Assembly (NCBI GenBank): GCA_045612385.1
Contig: JAZKYZ010000022.1
Location: forward strand, 12,631 to 76,630
DNA: 64,000 bases
Direction of reading: 5' to 3'
Source of the DNA: Eubacteriales bacterium
Lineage (GTDB): Bacteria > Bacillota > Clostridia > Oscillospirales > CAG-272
Each line of letters opens with the position of its first letter. The first letter of the stretch is position 1. A model generated the notes under the pieces. It was not told the DNA's origin, did no database searches, and saw nothing but the letters and a program-made list of their open reading frames with translations. Shown here one piece after another: positions 19,546 through 25,234 of this stretch. The position numbers and the translations under genes were made by a program.

Positions 19546-19582
19546 CTGAATTTAGAATTATTTATTTTGTCTGGTAGACTGT

Positions 19583-19662
19583 GGGACGGATGCAGACCAA
19601 TATGCTTGCTTTGCAAGCATTTGTTCCGAAGTGCGCTACCCCTGCCAAAACAAAAGGACGCA
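19583..19662 (+). repeat. 80-nt palindromic pseudo-tRNA element, copy A
   Basis: 77/80 identical to copy B. The centre is a perfect palindrome, ATGCTTGC-TTT-GCAAGCAT. The 3' 28 nt (19635-62) are identical to the reverse complement of 19864-91, which is the tRNA-Gln 3' end, CCA and trailer. Confidence 0.85.
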
Positions 19663-19677
19663 CAAAGGCGTTGCCTT

Positions 19678-19728
19678 CGCTGGGTTTTCGCCCTCGCTGG
19701 GTTTTCACCTTCGCTGGGTTTTCGCCTT
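19678..19728 (+). repeat. 3 x 17-nt tandem repeat
   Basis: CGCTGGGTTTTC(G/A)CC(C/T)T starts at 19678, 19695 and 19712. Confidence 0.9.
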
Positions 19729-19779
19729 CGGCGAATATCCTTGTCCCTTGCCGTTATCTCGCGAGCGGATATCGTCTAG

Positions 19780-19859
19780 GGGACGGATGCGGACCAATAT
19801 GCTTGCTTTGCAAGCATTTGTTCCGAAGTGTGCTACCTCTGCCAAAACAAAAGGACGCA
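19780..19859 (+). repeat. 80-nt palindromic pseudo-tRNA element, copy B
   Basis: Direct repeat of copy A, 197 nt downstream. Its 3' end forms an inverted repeat and terminator hairpin with the tRNA-Gln 3' end. Confidence 0.85.
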
Positions 19860-19881
19860 TTTCTGCGTCCTTTTGTTTTGG
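19842..19881. terminator. bidirectional terminator shared by tRNA-Gln and repeat copy B
   Basis: CCAAAACAAAAGGACGCA-TTTC-TGCGTCCTTTTGTTTTGG; the GC core is flanked by U-runs in both orientations. Confidence 0.8.
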
Positions 19882-19953
19882 CAGGGGTAGCTGGATTCGG
19901 ACCAACGAATGCAGGAGTCAAAGTCCTGTGCCTTACCGCTTGGCTATACCCCT
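19879..19953 (-). tRNA. tRNA-Gln (anticodon UUG), atypical
   Basis: The 75-nt cloverleaf is AGGGGUA UA GCC AAGCGGUAA GGC A CAGGA CUUUGAC UCCUG CAUUC GUUGG UCCGAAU CCAGC UACCCCU G CCA. CCA is encoded. It has an A1-U72 pair and C at position 55. Confidence 0.8.
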
Positions 19954-19970
19954 TTGAAATTAACATTCGA

Positions 19971-19999
19971 ATTATAACACAAATTTCAGGCAATGTCAA
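19971..19999 (-). promoter_or_regulatory. consensus promoter for tRNA-Gln
   Basis: Minus strand: TTGACA (19999-94), 17-nt spacer, TATAAT (19976-71), about 18 nt upstream of the tRNA 5' end. Confidence 0.75.
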
Positions 20000-20069
20000 G
20001 AGTAAATCAAGAAAAAGTACAAAATTCTGTTTTTCTACGTGCTTCTAAAGGGTAAAGAAGGTTTTATTC

Positions 20070-20098
20070 TTGAGATTTTGGCATATTCTTGCTACAAT
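20070..20098 (+). promoter_or_regulatory. possible promoter
   Basis: TTGAGA (20070-75), 17-nt spacer, TACAAT (20093-98). Confidence 0.4.
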
Positions 20099-20130
20099 AA
20101 AATTGCAACAACAAAGGAGGTTTTTTATTA

Positions 20131-20168
20131 AAAAAAGGGACACCTAAAGCTTTGGGTGTCCCTTTATC
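20131..20168. terminator. bidirectional hairpin terminator
   Basis: AAAGGGACACC/GGTGTCCCTTT stem. It is preceded by A7, which gives U7 on the minus strand, and followed by TTTAT. Confidence 0.7.
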
Positions 20169-20188
20169 GTTTCTTTATCAGAGGTCAC

Positions 20189-20217
20189 TTGACAAAGATG
20201 TAATCTTTGTGTATAAT
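20189..20217 (+). promoter_or_regulatory. consensus promoter driving the tRNA-mimic RNA and downstream ORF
   Basis: TTGACA (20189-94), 17-nt spacer, TG-extended TATAAT (20212-17). Confidence 0.8.
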
Positions 20218-20223
20218 AAAAAT

Positions 20224-20421
20224 GTGCTAATGGTGCTTACTTCATGTGGAAAGCGCAATAAGTGCCATATTTTCACACGGGCGGTTGCTATTCGGGTTTA
20301 CTTCTAACTTGTAAGGGCCGGAGGTTGTGGGTTCAAATCCCACCCTGTCCCACAGGGCAGGTGGCGCAACGGTAGCGCACCGGAATGGTTAATCCGGAAT
20401 TTTCATCCGCCCACCTTTTTT
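20224..20421 (+). ncRNA. structured RNA with circularly permuted, acceptor-capped tRNA-like core (YrlA / bacterial Y-RNA-like)
   Basis: 5' hairpin 20230-39/20259-68. Closing helix GGGCGG (20279-84)/CCGCCC (20407-12). The core at 20322-97 runs in this order: variable AGGUU, T arm GUGGG-UUCAAAU-CCCAC, acceptor 3' strand CCUGUCC, cap CACA, acceptor 5' strand GGGCAGG, UG, D arm GCGC-AACGGUA-GCGC, A, hairpin CCGGA-AUGGUUAA-UCCGG. U6 at 20416-21. Ends are predicted only. Confidence 0.65.
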
Positions 20422-20445
20422 AAATGATTGTTTTGGGAGGGAAAT

Positions 20446-22476
20446 ATGAAAAGCATTTTTGAAAAGTTTTTATTTTCCAAAGGGTATCTTATCGGCAAAG
20501 AAGTGTCGGAATATGCTTTTGAGTACGCTTTTGCAATGGCAAATATGTTTGGCGTTCGCCTTGTGCGTGGGCGTGAATATGCTTCGCAAGAGCATTTGGA
20601 ATTTCTGTCGCAAGAAATGGGCCGAGATGTACCTCCCTCTTTTTATCGTGGTTTCCCTGAGAGTGTAAAAAAACTCTCACGCGCCGAACTTTTCTTTGAC
20701 CAACTCCTCCATTATACCAAAACATACGGTTTTGGAGATTTTGAAAATCCTGATTATTCACGGTTTGAGGAAGATTTTGAGAGATGCGCTTTTAAGGAGG
20801 ACGTCACCCCTCGTGATTTTTCTATAATTAAAGAAGAAGAAGCCAAAGAGATTCTCACGTCGTTTGTAGAAGCGTTGCTGAATGGCTCGCGCCCACTCTC
20901 CACCGACCAATATAATGTGGTTCTGTCCTACTACAAGGAATACGAAGCTCTGCCCTGCGCTCCACACGCAAAGAATACAGCCATTCGTCTGTATGTAGAT
21001 ACCGGTGTGCTTGATTTTTGCGATTCGCTCTGGCTCTCAGACGTCATCAAGGTATGCGCCGAGATACAATATCGCAAGTATTTCAGCGAGGATCTTTGTG
21101 ATTTGCACCTGAAGGGTGCTGATAGAAAACTTCTTGCCGACCTCATTCATAAATTGATTGCTGATGGCAAGAGCAACATCACCGAGTGTTACGAAAAGAA
21201 GAAACTGTGGCAGGGAATGCTCCATCACATTCACCTGAAACCACAGAGCGAAGAGGAAATCGAATTCCTGAAGGCGATGCGTACTCGTGGAAATCACTCC
21301 ATCTATTCCACCGTAGAGCGCGCGCTTAAAAAGGGGGATATCCCCTTTGCCGTAACGACACTGTATGAAGGCAAGGGTGGTGGCGCTGTGCTTCGCGAGC
21401 TCAATTATCTCGTCAGTCGCGCCGAGGACAAAAACGATATTCGCTTTATTCTCTCACATATAGACGCCTCCCCAATTTTGCTCTTACAGTTATATTTGTC
21501 CTATATCACTTACGCCTTTGAGGGTGGCAGAGTTTTCCGTTTCACAAGATTTAACAGACTTTGCACGCACAATGAAACCGAAGAAGAAATTGAACACCGT
21601 CGCTCCAGACTGGATGAGAAAACGGTCGCATATCTGCGCGAATACTGCGAGGAAAAATTAAAGGAAATTCTCTGTGGCAAGGTAGGAAAGGTATACATTG
21701 ACAAGGAGATGTATCAAATCGCTCTGCCGATTTCCGAAGCGAGCACTAAGGGTGGCATAGGCGTTCTCCCACGTGGCTCACGCTTGCCCCTGCCAAAGGG
21801 AAAGAAAATACGCGCCTTCACCTATTGGGAGCAGGTCAACGACATTGACCTTTCTGTGCTCGGCTTTTCAGAGGACGGAACAATGAGCGAGTTTTCCTGG
21901 CGCACAATGTGGGAAAATCAAGGAAAATGCATCACCTTCTCAGGTGACCAGACCTCTGGCTTCCAGGGTGGCTCGGAATATTACGATATCGTATTTGACG
22001 CATTTACCAAGAAATATCCCAATACAGCGTACCTTGTCTTTGCTAACAATGTCTTTTCAAATATGCATTTCAATGAATGCGTATGTCGCGCAGGTTATAT
22101 GATGCGTGATACTCGTGATAGTGGACAGGTATTTGAGCCAAAGACGGTGGAATCGTCCTTTGTGATAGACGCCGACAGCACCTCAGCGTACCTTTTCGGC
22201 ATTGACCTGCTTCGGCGTGAGTTTGTTTGGCTTAATATGGCGAATCGCTCCGAGATGCACATTGCAGCGCTTCAGAACGCCTCCTTCCTTCTCGATTACT
22301 TCCATATCACCGAGCATATGAATGTCGGCAAGTTTTTTGAATGGATGGCAAAAGAGGTGGTTTCCGACCCGATGGACGCCGATATTGTCCTTGCTACGCA
22401 CGAGGTGCCACACCGTGAAGATGCTGAAGTAATCCGTCGTTTTGAATACGAAAAGATCCTCAAATATTTAGGATAA
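20446..22476 (+). CDS. 676-aa protein: N-terminal helical TROVE-like (Ro60/Rsr-like) region fused to a C-terminal TerD-fold domain
   Basis: SD GGGAGGG lies 4 nt before the ATG at 20446. Residues ~455-600 fit the TerD pattern (FTYWE..DIDLSVLGF..FSW..ITFSGDQTSGFQGGSEYYDIVF..YLVFANNVFS..CRAGYM..SAYLFGIDLLRREFVWLNM). Residues 225-355 carry TROVE-like motifs in order. The CDS itself is confident; the domain assignment of the N-terminus is inferential. Confidence 0.6.
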   Translation: MKSIFEKFLFSKGYLIGKEVSEYAFEYAFAMANMFGVRLVRGREYASQEHLEFLSQEMGRDVPPSFYRGFPESVKKLSRAELFFDQLLHYTKTYGFGDFENPDYSRFEEDFERCAFKEDVTPRDFSIIKEEEAKEILTSFVEALLNGSRPLSTDQYNVVLSYYKEYEALPCAPHAKNTAIRLYVDTGVLDFCDSLWLSDVIKVCAEIQYRKYFSEDLCDLHLKGADRKLLADLIHKLIADGKSNITECYEKKKLWQGMLHHIHLKPQSEEEIEFLKAMRTRGNHSIYSTVERALKKGDIPFAVTTLYEGKGGGAVLRELNYLVSRAEDKNDIRFILSHIDASPILLLQLYLSYITYAFEGGRVFRFTRFNRLCTHNETEEEIEHRRSRLDEKTVAYLREYCEEKLKEILCGKVGKVYIDKEMYQIALPISEASTKGGIGVLPRGSRLPLPKGKKIRAFTYWEQVNDIDLSVLGFSEDGTMSEFSWRTMWENQGKCITFSGDQTSGFQGGSEYYDIVFDAFTKKYPNTAYLVFANNVFSNMHFNECVCRAGYMMRDTRDSGQVFEPKTVESSFVIDADSTSAYLFGIDLLRREFVWLNMANRSEMHIAALQNASFLLDYFHITEHMNVGKFFEWMAKEVVSDPMDADIVLATHEVPHREDAEVIRRFEYEKILKYLG

Positions 22477-22481
22477 AAATG

Positions 22482-22520
22482 TCCCCACTGATGATTCGTT
22501 CGGTGGGGATATAATTTTTT
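22482..22520 (+). terminator. intrinsic terminator
   Basis: TCCCCACTG/CGGTGGGGA stem followed by a T-rich run (ATAATTTTTTATTTT). Confidence 0.8.
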
Positions 22521-22540
22521 ATTTTATTTTTCAAAAAGGC

Positions 22541-22569
22541 TTGCATTTGAATTCTGTTTGTGCTATGAT
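22541..22569 (+). promoter_or_regulatory. probable promoter
   Basis: TTGCAT (22541-46), 17-nt spacer, TATGAT (22564-69). Confidence 0.55.
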
Positions 22570-22675
22570 AATAGGCGTTGCCCTCTCGCCTTTGGCGAAC
22601 ACAACAAATATGCTATATTTGCTCCTTGGCGATACGCCATTTTTGACATACCACCTTGTGACGCTTGGAGAACTT

Positions 22676-23956
22676 ATGGAAATCTTACTTTCTCTTTCGA
22701 TCGCCCTTCTTGCGGGCTTGATGCTTTCTCGTGTTGCGAAACTCGTACAGTTACCTGCCGTAACGGCTTATCTTGTGGCAGGAATTTTAATCGGCCCTTA
22801 TTGTCTTGGCGCATTCGGTGTCAAGGGACTTGGCTTCATCTCGATTGAAAACGTCAAGGAATTTGAACTTCTCGCAGACATAGCACTCGGTTTTATTGCC
22901 TTCTCTATCGGCAACGAATTCCGTCTTTCGCAACTGAAAAAAATCGGAAAACAAGCAACGGTAATCGGCATTGTTCAAGCCGTTGTGGCAACGCTTCTTG
23001 TTGACGCTGCTTTGATTGTAGTGCATCTCATTTTAGGGGACAAATTCCCACTTCCTGTTGCCATTGTTCTTGGCGCAATCGCCTCTGCAACGGCGCCAGC
23101 AGCAACGCTGATGGTCGTTAAGCAATACAAGGCGAAGGGACCTTTAACCGACATTCTTCTGCCTGTGGTAGCGCTGGATGATGCTGTCGGACTTGTGCTT
23201 TTTGCGATTTCTTATGGTGTCGCAAGAGCTTTGGAGGCAGGAAAGCTTAACCTTGTTTCCGTGGCAGTAGAGCCTATTCTTGATGTAGTGCTCTCTCTCG
23301 CACTTGGCGCTTTGATGGGATACTTGTTCACGCTCGCAGAAAAACTTTTCCACTCACGCTCCAAACGAATGGCAATGTCTGTGACATTTGTGCTTCTGAC
23401 TGTGGCGCTCTCAAAGATTTCTTTTGAATTCGGTGGGGTGCATTTCGGCTTCTCTCCCCTGCTCGTGTGTATGATGCTCGGCACGGTATTCTGCAACATT
23501 TGTGATTTCTCGGAGGAACTGATGGACAGAATCGACCGTTGGACGGCGCCGATTTTCATTCTCTTTTTCGTGCTTTCGGGCGCAGAACTTGAACTTTCGG
23601 TATTTGAGGACCTGACGATTGTCGTTATCGGTCTTTTGTATATCCTCGCGCGCAGTGCCGGTAAATACGGTGGCTCATTCATCAGCGCAAAGGTGACAAA
23701 ATGCTCGCCTACCATCATTAAATATCTCGGTATTACTCTGCTTCCCCAAGCAGGTGTGGCGCTCGGTATGGCAATGAAGGCAAAGGATACGATTGCCGGT
23801 GGCACATTGATTTCAAACATTACGCTCTTCGCCGTATTGATTTATGAAATTGTCGGTCCTATGCTTACAAAGATTTGCCTTCTTCGCGCAGGGGAAATCA
23901 AACCTGAACATAAAACGACGCAAAGACACGAGGCAAATAAAAATGCAAAGGCATAG
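22676..23956 (+). CDS. cation:proton antiporter (CPA family, Kef/Nha-type membrane domain)
   Basis: MEILLSLSIALLAGLMLSRVAKLVQLPAVTAYLVAGILIGP is a typical Na_H_exchanger N-terminus; about 12 TM. The ATG at 22676 follows GGAGA. Confidence 0.8.
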   Translation: MEILLSLSIALLAGLMLSRVAKLVQLPAVTAYLVAGILIGPYCLGAFGVKGLGFISIENVKEFELLADIALGFIAFSIGNEFRLSQLKKIGKQATVIGIVQAVVATLLVDAALIVVHLILGDKFPLPVAIVLGAIASATAPAATLMVVKQYKAKGPLTDILLPVVALDDAVGLVLFAISYGVARALEAGKLNLVSVAVEPILDVVLSLALGALMGYLFTLAEKLFHSRSKRMAMSVTFVLLTVALSKISFEFGGVHFGFSPLLVCMMLGTVFCNICDFSEELMDRIDRWTAPIFILFFVLSGAELELSVFEDLTIVVIGLLYILARSAGKYGGSFISAKVTKCSPTIIKYLGITLLPQAGVALGMAMKAKDTIAGGTLISNITLFAVLIYEIVGPMLTKICLLRAGEIKPEHKTTQRHEANKNAKA

Positions 23957-24024
23957 TTTTTGCTCTCTGTGTAGCAAACCTTTCCCTTCGGCAAAATATT
24001 TTTGTGGAAATTTCAAAAAAGCCC

Positions 24025-24053
24025 TTGCATTTTTCAAATAGTTGTGATATAAT
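24025..24053 (+). promoter_or_regulatory. probable promoter for rpmB
   Basis: TTGCAT (24025-30), 17-nt spacer, TATAAT (24048-53). Confidence 0.6.
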
Positions 24054-24182
24054 ACTTGAGTAAATGTAGCGAAAGGTGCAAAAACGGTCAGATTGGTCGT
24101 GTTTTGCCTCATAATTCGTTGAGAAAAAATAAAAAATATATAAATCTTCGTTCCTATGGGACGGAATTTAGGAGGTGTCAAA

Positions 24183-24368
24183 ATGGCAAATTGTAGCATT
24201 TGCGGAAAAGGCGTTGCATTTGGTCACAACGTATCTCACTCGAACCGCAAGACGAACAGAACTTGGAAGCCCAACATCCGTAAGGTAAAGACAATCGTTA
24301 ACGGAACTCACACCACTGTGTATGTTTGCTCCCGTTGCCTTCGCTCCGGTAAGGTAGAGCGCGCATAA
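24183..24368 (+). CDS. rpmB: 50S ribosomal protein L28
   Basis: MANCSICGKGVAFGHNVSHSNRKTNRTWKPNI...; AGGAGG RBS before the ATG at 24183. Confidence 0.95.
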   Translation: MANCSICGKGVAFGHNVSHSNRKTNRTWKPNIRKVKTIVNGTHTTVYVCSRCLRSGKVERA

Positions 24369-24378
24369 GGTTCTATGA

Positions 24379-24410
24379 AAAAGACTGTCCCTTCCGGACA
24401 GTCTTTTTTC
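24379..24410 (+). terminator. intrinsic terminator
   Basis: AAGACTGTCC/GGACAGTCTT stem followed by TTTTC. Confidence 0.85.
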
Positions 24411-24508
24411 GTTTTGCATCATCTGTAAATGTTTTTACTTCAACCTTTTTGTAAAAAAAAGTTGAGGTCATTCTACTTCAATCAACCCCAAAAGTTCTGA
24501 GGAAAAAT

Positions 24509-25234
24509 ATGGTATATGTGTTTTATGACTTTCGTGCGCCGAGCGAGGTGTATGAAAAACTTAGTCAAATGGGATTTGTTCCACTCAAGGTCGAAAAAAG
24601 CGAGAGCCTTTCCGGGCCAGTATGCGGACACGCAGATCTTAGTGTAGCGAAGATTGGAAAAACGCTACTTATACGTGGAGAGGTTGCCCGTCGCTATCCT
24701 TTTCTCGCATCTCTTGAGGGGGTATTTGTGAGTGATGAGGACGTCGGAGAGGAATATCCAAGCGAGGCGAAGTTCTGCGTGAAGGTGGTCGGAGATACCC
24801 TCTACCACGGCAAGGTAGTAGCAGAAGATGCTCTGCGAATAGCGAAGGCAGAGGGCCTTTCCACCTCTGCCGTCCGTCAAGGATACGTGGCGTGTAACCT
24901 TTTGGTTCTCGACGCCCATCACGTCATTACCTCCGACCTCTCCCTTGCGAATGCGCTGTCTTTAAGAGGCGTAAAGGTTCTGCGCATACGGGAGGGGGGA
25001 ATTTCCCTGCCTCCGTATCCGTATGGATTTATCGGAGGAGCGAGTGGTGTATATGGGAATACCGTCTACTTTCTCGGTGATGTGATGAGGCATCCCGACG
25101 GAGAAAAAATAATGCAGTTTGTCGCTTCGTGCGCAATGGAGGTCTGCTGTCTATATGATGGTGAATTATTCGACGGCGGTGGCCTTGTATTCTGGGAGAG
25201 TCGTTTTCCCCCAACCGTCGGTGAGAACTCTTAA
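24509..25234 (+). CDS. hypothetical protein
   Basis: Long ORF with a plausible RBS and no motif I can assign with confidence. The last about 23 codons overlap the convergent ytvI-like gene. Confidence 0.5.
   Translation: MVYVFYDFRAPSEVYEKLSQMGFVPLKVEKSESLSGPVCGHADLSVAKIGKTLLIRGEVARRYPFLASLEGVFVSDEDVGEEYPSEAKFCVKVVGDTLYHGKVVAEDALRIAKAEGLSTSAVRQGYVACNLLVLDAHHVITSDLSLANALSLRGVKVLRIREGGISLPPYPYGFIGGASGVYGNTVYFLGDVMRHPDGEKIMQFVASCAMEVCCLYDGELFDGGGLVFWESRFPPTVGENS

Noticed and set aside
19678-19728. Checked whether the short tandem repeats are a CRISPR array.
   Set aside because: The three 17-nt units are directly adjacent with no spacers, and there are no cas genes in the window. This is a plain tandem repeat.
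19899-19907. UGGUCCGAA in the tRNA-Gln T arm (minus strand; created by the C55 change) is identical to part of the 5' Ro-binding strand of metazoan Y RNAs as I remember it.
   Set aside because: A 9-nt match is too short and there is no complementary bulged strand nearby. I do not use it as evidence for the Ro/Y-RNA hypothesis.
19583-19953. Considered whether the duplicated tRNA 3' ends are attL/attR of an integrated element.
   Set aside because: The duplicated segments are inverted relative to the tRNA rather than direct, and they enclose only about 200 nt. No integrase is present in the window. I keep this only as an alternative inside the repeat finding.
19462-20048. Track ORFs 19462-19779, 19581-20048, 19631-19957, 19705-19905 and 19754-19999.
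   Set aside because: They run through the pseudo-tRNA repeats, the tandem repeat, the terminators and the tRNA-Gln gene. Their sequences are translated repeats (e.g. LPSLGFRPRWVFTFAGFSPS) and they have no RBS.
20322-20421. Considered whether the T-arm-like GUGGGUUCAAAUCCCAC belongs to a tmRNA, a normal tRNA, a tRNA-Sec or a T-box leader.
   Set aside because: There is no 5' acceptor strand upstream in normal order and no CCA. There is no tag reading frame and no resume codon. I found no long variable arm with a UCA anticodon, and no T-box or specifier motifs. The arm order (T arm, acceptor hairpin, D arm) only makes sense as a permuted, capped tRNA mimic.
24054-24182. Possible regulatory leader upstream of rpmB, with the small hairpin UUCGUUCC-UAUG-GGACGGAA.
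   Set aside because: There is only one short hairpin, no alternative pairing or terminator, and I know of no L28 leader motif that matches it. The evidence is insufficient.
25166-25234. 69-nt convergent 3' overlap between the 24509-25234 ORF and the ytvI-like gene, and a 27-nt hom/agcS overlap at 16360-16386.
   Set aside because: This is most simply explained by late stop codons in compact convergent genes without an intervening terminator. I see no extra structure or signal, so it is not pursued as a finding.
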